NCBI GenBank assembly: GCA_028534125.1
Contig: CM052832.1
Location: forward strand, 18,106,001 to 18,170,000
Direction of reading: 5' to 3'
From: Lama glama
Lineage: Eukaryota
Length of the DNA stretch: 64,000 bases
Positions 25,228 to 37,453 of this stretch are shown one piece after another. A model generated the notes under the pieces. That model was not told the DNA's origin, ran no database searches, and saw only the letters and a list, made by a program, of their open reading frames with translations. Both the position numbers and the translations under genes were made by a program. Every line of letters begins with the position of its first letter. The first letter of the stretch is position 1.

Positions 25228-26810
25228 ACCTATGAAAATGGCTTGCCCATATTTAATATAAGAATAATTAGATTCAATTATGCTTTTAAATTTTGTTTAT
25301 TCTACAAATAATTTGTTCCTTGATAAGATTTTATTTCCCATGATTCACTTACATAAATGAAACAGTTGATAGCGCTGTTCCTGTGCACGGCCTGTTGGTA
25401 GTTTAAATCACCGTGATAGTCACCTGTAGGAAATTTTGACCTGTTACTTCTCTTTCCTTCTACTTTGCTAAACTACTCTAAGTAACTTAACTCATTTTCA
25501 TTTAGCTTTTAATTCAGTTCTATTAGAAAAATTAGTGTTCTGCAGTTTTCCTTTCCTTACTTTTATCCTTTTTGAAAGTTGGATATTATCATTACTGAGG
25601 GGCTCCTAGACCATTTGCTCTAACAAGGAATAATTTTGGCTACCAGAAGTTCCTTAGAATGCATATTCCTAATCTCTGCAAATTTCAATTGATTTGAGTT
25701 GGATTTCTTAACACTAATTTTTCCGGGGTACCAAGATGTTAGTATTTGATGGGTTTACTAACCTACCAAAATTTCTGGTGAAAGTCAAAGTTTTCACAAT
25801 GGGCCATTAGCTGATATATCCAAAGCACATTTTAAATCCATATAAACATGTATGCATTGCACTAATACATATTTTCAGTTTCATTTGGCTGAATTGTATT
25901 TGTTACCTTCAAATTTTTTTAAAAAACTTCTCCCCATTCAGTTCACTCTTTTAATTACTCTATTATTATTTATAGAGTGCCTGTTTATTTGTATTTTTTT
26001 ACCAAAAATGAAATTCTTTTACAAAGACAAGTGAAAACAATGATTTTCTTAAATATATGAGGAGAGAAACCAATCCTTTGTGAAAGGGAGAGTGGATTTA
26101 AACTAGCACTCAATTTAAGTTCTAACAAGGATTTGCTTCATGGATCCAAATAAGTACGAGGTTATTAGGCATTCCTCTTTCTATTCCTACCCACTTAATG
26201 TTAGAATAGTGAAGTTCTTCTTACAGTCCAACTACTTGCTTTGTACCTTGAAACTTTAAACAAATCTTGACTGGTTTCTCTGAAACATCTGCCCAGGAGA
26301 AGTAATAATTCTTAACTGCCCTCAAACTCAAGCTATGTGCCTATGATTCAGACTTAGCATTCCATGAAAACATGTTCTTCTCTTCAAGAAGTAGCATCTT
26401 ATGTTCAAGTACAGATGGGTTCCCTGACATAGGACTATAATGAGGCCTTAAGTCAAAGACTGAATGTTTCATTACAGAAAAGAATTGTTCAACTGAATCC
26501 AAAGATTTCCCAAAGATTCAATTCCTTGACACACAATTTAGGGCACTTCCCTTCATCTTGAAATTAGCTAAATAGATTAGTTTACTAATTTCTAAACTCA
26601 ACACAATGGTCTTGGGGTCACACATTTCACAGAGCAATCTTCACTTTCAACCGCAGACTCTTGTTCTCTCGGCATTTCCATAGTGTAATATATTTTTCCC
26701 CTTTTCAATCCAAATTTCCTGGGGATAAAAAATAATTCACTTACTTTTACACCAGTGGGAACTGAGCCTCTAAGCAAAGGGCATTATGTAAAGATTACTA
26801 AAAAGCAGCT

Positions 26811-27324
26811 TGTTACTTAGTCCAAATTCATTCTGCTCACCACCTGACAATCAGGTAAATTGGGAGATGAGGTGTTGGGCAAGGAAAAACGACTTTATTT
26901 AGAAATCTGGCAGACTGAGAAGATGACAGAGTAATGTCCTGGAGAACCATCTTCCCCAAGTCAGAATTCAGGCTCCTTTTATACTGAAAAGGGAATGGGT
27001 GTGCTTGTTCCAAACTTCTTGGTGTTGGAATCCTTTGTTCTTGTAGCTATCCATGTAGGTCAGGTCATGGTATCCTTGTAAACCTCCGATGAAACAAATG
27101 TTATTTTCTATTCTGCAACTTTTAATCTTTATATGAATGGAAAAGTGTTAATACCCTTAGAGGTCAGTGCCTTGAAAATAGGCTATCCTGTATATTTCAG
27201 GCTGAAGGCAACATTCTTTTACAAAAGGTGCAGAACCAGCACAACTAAGCCCAGGAAACAGCACAGAGTTAAAAGTCAAAGGAACAGCTCTAATATGTGG
27301 TCAGATTTGTTCTTTTCTATTACA
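26811..27324 (-). mobile_element. Solo ERV LTR
   Basis: TGTTAC...TTACA ends. Antisense poly(A) signal (tttatt ~26894) and antisense TATA-like ttttata (~26977) in LTR order. Confidence 0.65.
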
Positions 27325-27972
27325 GGATCATTACACACAATAGGGAACCCATATGTAATTTATATTCCAGTTATTTTGCTGAGGTATCTTCTGCCCTTGT
27401 CTGGGCCATGAAGATCATGTGTAATAAGATGCTTAGTTGTGTTGATTATGATTATATTCATAATTAAACTCAACTCTTTTGGAAAATAGAAGGAATGGCA
27501 TAAAAATAGAGTTGTAGAAGACAACTTAGAACAACAGGTGGAAAATTTCACAACAAGTGAAAACAAACCTCATTCACCAAATCTCGATTTAATAACTACT
27601 CAGTGTCAAATCTATGTTAGGGCCTATTATCAAAGACGAATAAGAATTTCTGTCCTTAGAGAGACTCATTCTAACTGGCTATCTGGGTAAGTATTGCTGT
27701 TACTTTTCTAACTCAGATGAGATTTCATTCTATGTTCTCTCACATCTCCCATCAAAAAGTCAACTCCCCAACATCTATTATTTTTAGACTATTTAAGATG
27801 GCAAGATTTGGGCTCAACTGCCAGAGAACTTCCTCAGGGATAGCTGGTGAATGCTTTTTCATTTGTTGTGATGATAGCCCATTACAACTTTTATATTCAT
27901 TACATAAAATACTGTTATCTTTGTAAATATTACCAAATTGATAGAAATGAGCAACAGTGACCATCTGATATC

Positions 27973-28683
27973 TGTAATGGTGTTTGTAACTGCTTAACTG
28001 AATAATGGCTTAAAGATTTTTTTCCTCATGCTCTTGCTGACCAGGGATGGGCTGGAGAGGAGGGAGGCTTGGGTGGTCTGCCCAACCCCCTCATGGTGCT
28101 GCATGCAGGGATCACTGCTCTTGCTCCCAGTGCCCTGCTCTTGACCTCAGTGCCTTCCTCTTGATCTGTTGTGGTTTCCTTGTATCCTGTTGTTCAAGCT
28201 ACAGACCTCAGCCTGCAGCAGGGGATCCCAAGCAACAGCTTGCTTAAAAGGCTAAAAACATTTATCAATCTGACTTTAAACTGCACAAATTTTTCTCTAG
28301 AGCTCTTTCCCATGGAGCCCTTTCCTATGCATCCTTTGTTCTAGGCACAAGAATATTAATAAAGTCCCAAAGTGGGAGGTGAACTTCATACACAGCAGAG
28401 GGAAGGGGACCACTGCATCTGCAAAAACAAGAACAACTTTGTAGCAATTTGTTACCCAGCCTGTGATCTCTATGGAAACTAGCTCTAACCCTTGATCTCT
28501 TGAACTTGTACTATGAAATCCTCCGCCTTCTCTCCCCAGCAGGCTCACGGTCTTTGAGGCATTACCCAACTGTGACCTCCTTTGCCTGGCAAACAAATAA
28601 TTCTGCCTTTTCTACTTCATCCAAAACTCAGTCTTTGAGTCTCAATTCAGTAAGCAGGGTATGGAGGCCATGTTTCAGCAACA
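27973..28683 (+). mobile_element. Solo ERV LTR
   Basis: Starts TGTAA and ends ...gtttcagcaaCA with a typical U5-like tail. Left boundary uncertain. Confidence 0.55.
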
Positions 28684-29059
28684 ATAGGCTCATCATTTAT
28701 GGGTAGGAAAAAAAAAGCAATTGTGGCACAAATAAAGCTTAGAGGGAATTTTTTCTTTTTCCATATTTCAGAGTAAAAAGGATAAACCCCAGTTTTCTTG
28801 ACTATTTAATCCATATAAGTCTATTTAATTGACAACTAATATACATTTTGGGGTCCTTATGATGACCTCTTAAGTTAAATTCAAATTACAAAATTTTTCT
28901 CCTTCCTCCCATCAGTTATATAATAACCACTCCTAAGTGATTTCCTCAAATCCAGAAGGTACAAATATGGCCTGGGTGGTGTGGGCTCACCTGCCAGAAG
29001 GATGACAAAGAACTTGACTGCACAGCAGGATTCAGGGTGAGTACACCTGACCAATTATT

Positions 29060-29323
29060 TTTATCTTTCTTGAAAATCATTTACTCTTTCTTAAGAGGCT
29101 TATATCCTCCCTCCTTTTTCCCTATTAAAATGGTGTTTATGCCCAAATTATAAGCCATCTCAGGGAGTTACTCATTTTTCTCTGGATATCGTCCATGTAT
29201 GCATGAGGTATACATGACAATAAATATCTGCTTGTTTTTCTCTTATTATTCTGTCTTTTATCATTGAGGTCTCAGCTTAGAACACAAAAGGGTAGAGAGA
29301 AAATCATTTTTCCTTCTCCAAAC
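29060..29323 (+). mobile_element. ERV LTR 3' portion
   Basis: AATAAA at ~29219 followed by a U5-like tail. Related to the element at ~16850-17208. Confidence 0.55.
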
Positions 29324-31650
29324 CCAGCGTGCATAAGAACAGCATGGTGATTCTTATCCAGATCCACAGTTGGAATGTGCTCAGAAAGCAGACTCTCCAT
29401 TGGCAGACATCATTTATCATACTGCTGTGATTTAAGAAGGCTTTTAGAAAGGAAAGTGACTTATTATGTATCTCAGAAGTTGGTCCCATTTCTGATTCAG
29501 AGCTTTGGGAGGTCAGAAGAGGACCAGAAAAATGGAAAATGTTGGACATGGACGCCTGCCTAGTTGTTGATTTTCTTACGGCACATTCTTCCTATTAATA
29601 TAATTAAACCCTAATTAAGACTGAGAAGACTCTGAGCCAAACAACTTTTGTAATTGCAGAGGGAGAGGGACAGCTGTACTTCAGGGACTGAGATTCTGCA
29701 GAGGGTTTCCTTCTCTCCAACAGGGTGACAACTTCGAAAATTGAAGTCTTGTTACAGTTTATGTTAGCCAAGAGCTCCTCAAATCCAGGAGGTACAAATA
29801 TGGCCTAGGGAGGGACCTCACCTGCCAGAAGGATGACAAAGAGCTTGACTGCACAGCAGAAACCAGGGTGAGTACACCTGACCAATTATTACATTGTGCC
29901 ATATGAAATTTCCCTCAGAAGCATAAATCTTGCTTCTCTCTCTGACTAAGCAAGGGAGTCTTTTGCGCAGAGGTTAGTCTCCCCATTTGTCAGGGATGAA
30001 ATGGAGGCTGAAAGACAATAAACAATCTTCCCCAAGTAATGAGGTTACCTGGTACCAAACCTGGATACAAGCCTAGATTCATGCAACTCATGCTGCCAGA
30101 GACCTTCAGGACAAGGATAAATCTAGGGTAAGCCCTTAACGACTGGTAGGATATGGATGGAGATGAAAGCTTGTTAAAAAGTCTTTCCAAATATATAGAA
30201 TATATGCAAATCTGGTGAGTAAAATCAAATATCTGGTTTCTTTGTTTGAGGGAAATTGTTAGTAGTTTAATATAATTTTCTAGGTGAGAAGTGAGATTAG
30301 AGTGATCAGTAGTGAAAGAGCAAATTTTTATCTAGGTTTGAAAAAAGTGAAAATCAGCTTGGACTAATAAGAACAAATCATTCCTATTGTTAACCACATT
30401 GGGAGAACAGACATAGGTAAAACTGGCTGCTGACTTATCTAAATTGTTTCTCCAAAGTTATTCATCAGCTGTAAATACCATAATAACTAGAAAGTTATTA
30501 TCACTCTGTTCGAGTGATTACTCTTTTTTTAGGTTAATAATGCCCCAACCTACTTTGTTATATTCACTGACTGGGAGCTTTAATATATAAACTACCTTTG
30601 TCTCATGACAGCACCCAATTCCTAGTCAATCAGCTTTTCCTAACCTCCCTTGGGAAACATCAACATGTCTTGAACTGATCCAGGCTTCCCCCAGATTCTC
30701 CTCAGATTCCTCAATGGAACGGAGACCTCTCATAAAGATCCTTGTGGAGCAGAGTTCCAAGGTTCCCCCAAACCCCTTGCCCAGGCTGCATCCAGTCAGT
30801 ACATCTGATTTTGTTCAGCCCACAGCCTTCTTTCTGGAGATCTTTGGCTAATTAGACTTTAAAAGTTGGGATCTATGCAGTTTAATTTGACGTTGAAAAC
30901 TAGGAAAACCCACTGAAAACGTATAAGCAGTGAACTCACAGAAAAAGCTTGTGGTTTTAAAAGCTAACTCCAGAAATACTAAGGTTATGTATCAGAAACA
31001 TAAAAATGGGAATCAGGAGACAAACCAGAAAACTGCTACACTAATTAAAATGATGTATATAATGGATGTTGACCATAAGTAGGGGTATTACAAAAGATGA
31101 AACAAGGCTCATCTATGAGATATAAAAGAAGTTGAAACAACAGGGCTATGTAAGTGTCTGTTGTGGTGTGGGGAGGTAAAGCGGTTAAGGAAGCCTCTGG
31201 TTTTTGGAATTGGCTGATGGGGATGTCATAAAACAAATCAGAAAACAGAGGGGTAAATTCAAGTTGGGGTAATTTATAGTTCAGTTCAGCACTTGCTGTG
31301 ATTAAGTATATGTGGAATATATAAAGATTTGAACAAGGAGGTTGGTTTTGCTGATTTGGTACTTAGAAAAAAAATCTGTGGTCCAAATTTAAATTGTTGA
31401 ATATTCATCCCCCAGCTGGTATTTTAGGCCATAGAGAATCAGCCACAAGAGTGCCCATAGGGAAATGAATAGTTCTTTGGACAAAAAATTACTGTGTCAG
31501 CATATATCATGACTCTTGGGTCAGTGTCCCTGATTCACCAGAAAAACTCTAAAATATGAATCATTCTTTGCAGATACATATCATCACCACTGTTTCTCTC
31601 TTTGAGAGGTGTTTGCTGGCTCCAAAGAATATCTGCCCATGAAGTAAGAA

Positions 31651-32550
31651 ATGATTTTGATCATTGTTAAAGGAACAATATTCCTCTTTATAAGTGGACC
31701 TGGCATTCTGGGGAACCTCTTTGTTTTGGTGAATCATATGTGTGCTTTCTTTTGGGATACTGAGAAAAAATCTATACACCTAATTATTATCCATTTAGCT
31801 TTTTCAAATCTCATAATGCTTTTTTCCAAGGGAACTATAAAGACAATCACAACTTTTGGTTTAATAAATGTCCTAGATGATGTAGGCTGCAAAACTATTG
31901 TTTATCTAGAAAGGGTGGCACGGGGCCTTTCAATCTGTACCACCAGCCTCCTCACTGTGGTCCAGGCTATCATCATCAGTCCCAGAGTCTCCATGCGGGT
32001 GAGGCTCAATCTAAGGTCCACATGGCATGTCCTTTCTTTATTTCTCTTCTTTTGGATACTCAATTCTTTGATAAGCATGAACTTACTGTATTATATCAAA
32101 AACATCAACACCATAAACAGATCACAAATTAATAGACATGACATCTATTGTTTTTATCTACCAAGAAGCCAGATAATAAAGTGGGTTTTGCTCATTCCGA
32201 TGGCCCTACGAGATGCCCTGTTTCAATGTATCATGGGCTGGACTAGTGTCTACGTGATACTTCTTCTGCACAATCACCACAAGCATGTTCTCTACATTCA
32301 GAACTCCAAGATTTTCTGCCAAACTCCCCCTGAGATAAGAGCTGCTCAAAGTGTTCTTCTTCTGATGCTTTCTTTTCTTTTCTTTTATTGGCTAGATTGT
32401 ATTATTTCTTTATATTTTCTTTCCTCCTCTGACATTAAGTCCATAACATTAAATATTCTGGAAACTGTAACCCTTGGTTTTGCACTTCTCAGCCCATTTG
32501 TGCAGATTCATAGAGATGGACATATGGTTAAATGTTGGCATGTTCAATAA
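31651..32550 (+). CDS. VN1R: Vomeronasal type-1 receptor (V1R), intact single-exon 7TM GPCR, 299 aa
   Basis: Uninterrupted 900-bp ORF with seven hydrophobic segments and V1R signatures: GILGN (TM1), HLAFSN (TM2), GCK..YL.RVARGLSICTTSLLTVVQAIIISP (TM3), LL..HHKHVLYIQ, PEIRAAQSVLLLM..F.FFYW.D, GFA.LSPFV.I. Splice acceptor tcattctttgcag lies 78 nt upstream. Confidence 0.96.
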   Translation: MILIIVKGTIFLFISGPGILGNLFVLVNHMCAFFWDTEKKSIHLIIIHLAFSNLIMLFSKGTIKTITTFGLINVLDDVGCKTIVYLERVARGLSICTTSLLTVVQAIIISPRVSMRVRLNLRSTWHVLSLFLFFWILNSLISMNLLYYIKNINTINRSQINRHDIYCFYLPRSQIIKWVLLIPMALRDALFQCIMGWTSVYVILLLHNHHKHVLYIQNSKIFCQTPPEIRAAQSVLLLMLSFLFFYWLDCIISLYFLSSSDIKSITLNILETVTLGFALLSPFVQIHRDGHMVKCWHVQ

Positions 32551-33387
32551 AATTTGAAAAATGTCAATTTCATTGATCCCTTCAGTAAAGTAGCTTGAAA
32601 TAATGGTTAGTTTTGCTATGCTGTGTATAAAAACAAAACTTGTATGAGTGGCTTGAATATATTACAAATACATTTAAACATATAGTGAAACATATATTCT
32701 TATACAAGAAACTTGGGTGTCTTCAGCCCTGAGTGGACATAGATCGTAGAAATCTACAGGAACTCAGTCATATTCTCATTTTCCATATTGCTACCTTCAA
32801 GATGTAGCTTAAATTCTCATGTTTGTAAGATGGCTCTTTCATTACCAAGATTCCGGTAGTAAGGAGCTGGAAAACAATTTGGAAAATTCTATCAAACTAT
32901 TAATTCATTTACCGTTTGATCCAATAGTTCCAATTCTAGTACCTGATCCCATAGATATAATTGCTCATGTGAGAATTAGAGTAGGAAACATATTATACAT
33001 TGCAGATTTAATTCTTAAAAAAATCTTAAATATCCAGCCAGAGTCTATTTTTCTGGTTATTTTAAAATATCTATAAATATCCATTCTTACAAAGGATTTT
33101 ATGGAACTTATGAAAGAATGCACAAATTCAAAATGTGCTGATTTGGAATGGCATTCATGGTAGATTTTAATCAATAAAAGAAAAGCAATGCTAGAGTAAT
33201 AGTATTCAAGTAGGAGTAAAATATATTTAATTTGATGTTATGTACATGAAGACTCTCTGGAATAATAAAAATGAACTGTAAGAATGGTTACCTGTTTTGA
33301 GAGAAACTAGGTAAATGGAAGTATAGTAGGTAGAGTTTCATTTTATATCTTTTCATATTTTCTGATTTGCTAAACAGTGAATGTATC

Positions 33388-33720
33388 TTTTTATTGAAGT
33401 ATAGTTGATTTACAATATTGTGTTAGTTTCAGGTGTACAGCAAAGTGATTCAGTTATATATATATATTTTCAGATTACTTTCCATTATAAGTTATTACAA
33501 GATATTGAATATAATTCCCTGTTCAGTAAATCTTTGTTGCTTATCCGTTTTATGTATATTAGTTTGTGTCTGTTAATCCCATGCTCCTAGTTTATCCTCC
33601 CCTTTCCCCTTTGATAACCAAGTTTGTTTTCTGTCTGTGAATCTGTTTCTGTTTTGTATATAGATTCATTTTTATTGTTTTTTTAAATTCCACATATAAA
33701 TGATATCATATAATACTTGT
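33388..33720 (-). mobile_element. Artiodactyl-type L1 3' end
   Basis: tttttattgaagtatagttgatttacaatattgtgttagtttcaggtgtacagcaaagtgattcag is a characteristic antisense L1 3' terminus. Confidence 0.8.
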
Positions 33721-34157
33721 GAAACTAGATTGTCCTTTGTACTGGAGAATCTGACTTACTCAAGTATTAGTGGCATTGCAAAGAGAAACAACAAATTTGG
33801 GGGGAAAACTGGTCAATTGTTGAAAAGATCCATAGTGTTCAAAGCCCTTGATCAATTAATTTTCCTAATTTTGAATTGGTTGAAAACAAAAACCCCTTCA
33901 TGGAGTCTGCTAAGTATCAAGAGAACAATATGTTAGATTGGGTAAAGCTGAAAAACAATCCACAAAATTTGCTCAGTGCTGTTAGTGCAAGAACACTTAG
34001 GCTTATAGAAAGTAGGGAGATTTGGCAGAGCTCATAGAAAATGAGAGGAAGAGAGCCTTCATACTGAGCAGATGATGAAGAGAGCGTGACCCAAACTGGA
34101 GGTGCTGGAGAGCTTTAGAAAATACTCCTAAATCCCCTCATACCAAAAGGACACATC

Positions 34158-34239
34158 CGACGAAGGTGGGATTTGAACCCACGCGTGCAGAGCACAATGG
34201 ATTAGCAGTCCATCGCCTTAACCACTCGGCCACCTCGTC
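34158..34239 (-). tRNA. TRNAS-GCU: tRNA-Ser (GCT)
   Basis: Reverse complement is GACGAGGTGG...GGACTGCTAATCC...GGGTTCAAATCCCACCTTCGTCG (82 nt). TTTT 9 nt downstream. Confidence 0.96.
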
Positions 34240-35135
34240 CCCAGCTGTCCAGCTGTTATCCTTCTTGTGTGCTGGCCTCTCGGGTACTTTATTTCAGAGT
34301 TTATGCTTGGGAACTCCATCTTGGACAGAAAGACTCTTAAGAAGGAGATGGCTTGGAAACGTCTGGAAATTGTGGAGATGGCTAGCTTCCACATGAACGG
34401 ACAAAGAACTGGAGTGGAAAAGCTGCGACGGGGGTAAAAAACAAAAAACAACGAACAAACAAACAAACAAAAAACGGTCTTAGCTTTCACAGGAGTCCTT
34501 AAAGTGGTTGAGATGCAGTAGAAACACATTTGCCTGGGCCTCCACTCCCTTTCTCGGGCTGCCTGGTTCCTGGCAAAAGGCACTTCAGCATCAAGTCCGG
34601 GCAGGCGGTAGTCGTCGCCCGACCAACCAGGTCGGAAGCAGAGTTTGCTGTCACCCTTCCGCATCAGGGGAGCCTGATCTTGCGGCCCAGGGCGCGGCCC
34701 GGAGCCCGCAGGGGCAGAGGTTTCAGAGCCGACCTCAGGACTCCTAAGTCGTGATGAATAAAACGGTCTGGAGAATTAAACGATGGATCTGAGTATGTTT
34801 CAGTTTCCATTCTGTGTTATTGCCGCTTCTTCGGTGCTTTAGGGTGAAATTGCTAGAGAAGAATCCTTAACTCTAGGGGCTCTTCTCCCGGGTCATTCAC
34901 AACCGAGGAATCATGGATTCTGATTTTTCCTCAAACACCTGTATTTCTAGGGGCGAATTTGTCCAACTTTCTCTCGGTTTTCCAAGGAATCAGGTACTGA
35001 AAACATTAAGAAATTCAACACTAAAGAGAAAATAATTCAAAGAAAGAAGGAGGAGCTCCATCTCATTGTTTTGTAAAAATGAACACTATGCACAGATGAA
35101 GGAACAAGAATAGGAATTAATTCTGACTAATCAGA
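34158..35135. repeat. ~1 kb diverged direct duplication of 19152-20155 (Ser-GCT plus 5' flank)
   Basis: Collinear shared blocks, e.g. gtgttattgccgcttcttc, ctcccttt ctcgggctgcctgg, taattctgactaatca. Confidence 0.9.
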
Positions 35136-35418
35136 GTGGTCCTGCGCTGGGCCTCCTCTTCCTCTGTGGTGAGGCCCAAGAATTAGGCCTCAAATTAGGG
35201 TGAAGCTAGAGCTTCCCTTCTGCAACCTGCCTGGTCTAACTTTTTCACTTTCCTTCAATCGATGGTCCGAGGTTTCTGCCTGTTTATTGTCTGTTAATTG
35301 TCTCACCTCCATACCATACAGTTCGACCATGTGGGCATAATGTTACCAATGGATCCAGGAGGGCATGGAAAATACATGGATGTGGAGATGATATTGATGA
35401 CAGTATCTCCCCGGCAAA

Positions 35419-35491
35419 GGAAAATTAGCTTAAATGGTAGAGCACTTGCTTTGCACGTGAGAGGTAGTGGGATCGGTGCCCACATTCTCCA
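35419..35491 (+). pseudogene. Degenerate tRNA-Ala (TGC anticodon on an Ala-AGC-type body)
   Basis: GGAAAATTAGCTTAAATGGTAGAGCACTTGCTTTGCACGTGAGAGGTAGTGGGATCGGTGCCCACATTCTCCA. G3>A, A4:C69 mismatch, B-box A58>G. Confidence 0.8.
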
Positions 35492-35823
35492 CTTTTGGGT
35501 CTATGACTTCTGCCATCCTTATGACTATCCACCCGAAGAAAGTCTCCAGATAAAGGCAAATTCAAAGTCAGGAATAACTGGCTGTCTTAAAGGGAGGTGG
35601 TTAAGATGTTCATATTTTTCCTATTATCTTGCTTATGATTCTACAGTACCCAAGACAAGGGCAAGGTGAATTTGTGAAGAACAAATTTAGAGCAAATGAT
35701 GATACTTAATTTTAAAAAAAGAAGGTTGTGGTATATATATTTATTTTATTCTCTGTAATTATAAAAACCTACTATATGTTTTTATACTATTCTGTAAAAG
35801 GAAAGTGTAATTTGTTAGGGGTT

Positions 35824-36179
35824 TGTTGAAAGAATTAAACAAGGAGGCTGTTAGACTGGGGTGGCTCTAAATGCCTTGGTAGCCTACGTAAGCAAACCAA
35901 AACCTAAGACAGAATCAGTGCCCTGGAACCTGAGAAAATAAAATTTAAGAACAACTGTTTATAATGAGCCAACAAGGCTTTCCCACATAAAGCAATCTAA
36001 GGTTATAGCCAATCAAATAATTTCTTTACTTTGCTACTGACTTCTTCTCTATAAAAGTCTTCCCCCCAGCTTCTGCAGAGCCTCCTAACCACTTTTTGTT
36101 TGACATTTCCTGATTTGAATGGATGCTTGCTCAAATAAACTCTTATAAATTTTAATGTGCCTCAGTTTATCTTTCAATA
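35824..36179 (+). mobile_element. Solo ERV LTR (MER34-like)
   Basis: TGTTGAA start, CCAAT (~36009), TATAAAA (~36050) and AATAAA (~36135) in LTR order. Family assigned from memory. Confidence 0.65.
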
Positions 36180-37359
36180 GATCCAATGGTTAAGTTTTTA
36201 AGTCTAAGGAATGAAAATCATATTAAATAAAACAGAATTCCTAGTATGATTCAAAATACTGCATATAACCTAAATATATACCTTGACAGCTTCCAAGATC
36301 CTCTGGTGGCTTGGCATGAGCTATAAAGTGATAAAGTATCCACTTTCATTAATTTCCAGTGCTCTCCTGGGTAGGATCTCCCTACCCTTCCCAGGGAGAC
36401 ACTTCTGTGACTGGAAAATGTCTGGATACATGCAGGACATATTTAGGAATTCAGACTTCAAGAGAGTTTTCTGGACCCAGCTTTATTCCATGTACATTCT
36501 GTGACCTGTCCTGAGTGGAACATATGTGCTCTCAAGTTTGGGATAATCTTTACGGCTAGGAAAAGGTCTCTAAATTACTTAATTCAATTCACCCTCTTGG
36601 GGTGAAGTGGGAAGTCATGTGATAAGATCTACAACCAGTCAGACTCCTTGTGTCACTTTGGAGGGAGGTGGAGGAGAGTATTTTTAAGTGAAAATTGCTG
36701 TTTACTTCCTACCTACCTCACTCACAACAATATGGTTTTTCCTGTAGTTGTTCTGCAGATTTCTAGTTTCTGAGCTTCATTATCACTCATCCTTTTCCGA
36801 GTCCAGACAGTTGGATCATCTGAGGATGCCAGGTTTTTTTTTTTTTTCTCAGTTGATAAATGCTCGTGGTTGTTGGTTCATCAGGGTGAAATTAAGTTGA
36901 GGGGAGGGAATACTATGGGTGACGCTGTTTTCAAAATTAGTATTTTTTTTTCCCCCAAACCGGAGCTTTAGTTAAGTAGGAACCCCATTCAAGTTCCCAC
37001 TTTAGATTTTCTTTAATGGAGTTCAAAATTTACTTAGTGATCTCCGAGTATGTCCCAGGGGATCCCCGAAGAATGATGATCATAAAAGCAAAGTGAGAAG
37101 GAAGATGACAGGAAATACTCTTTGAGATCAGCCTGCAAGACAAGGTGGGGATAAAGAGTTAGAAAATCTAGCCCGCTGCAGCACAACAGATTCAGTAGGT
37201 AATTGCTTGACGTTGCTTACTTCTACTTCTAAAACCGCTGAGCAGAGTGGTAATAAGAAGTGCTACAGGACAAATTCAAACACATAGAAGATGGTAGACA
37301 GGAAAGTGAAGCGGGAAATGGTCTTTTTCTAGGGATGCTGTCTCAGATTGGGAAAATGA

Positions 37360-37453
37360 TGCTCCAGGTGAGGATCGAACTCACAACCTCGGCATCACTC
37401 GCACACATACTGCCATATAAGTACCGCGCGCTAACCGATTGCGCCACTGGAGC
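37360..37453 (-). tRNA. TRNAI-UAU: tRNA-Ile (TAT) with 20-nt intron (37396-37415)
   Basis: Reverse complement is GCTCCAGTGGCGCAATCGGTTAGCGCGCGGTACTTATA-[TGGCAGTATGTGTGCGAGTG]-ATGCCGAGGTTGTGAGTTCGATCCTCACCTGGAGCA. Intron at the canonical 37/38 position; TTTT 3 nt downstream. Confidence 0.98.
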
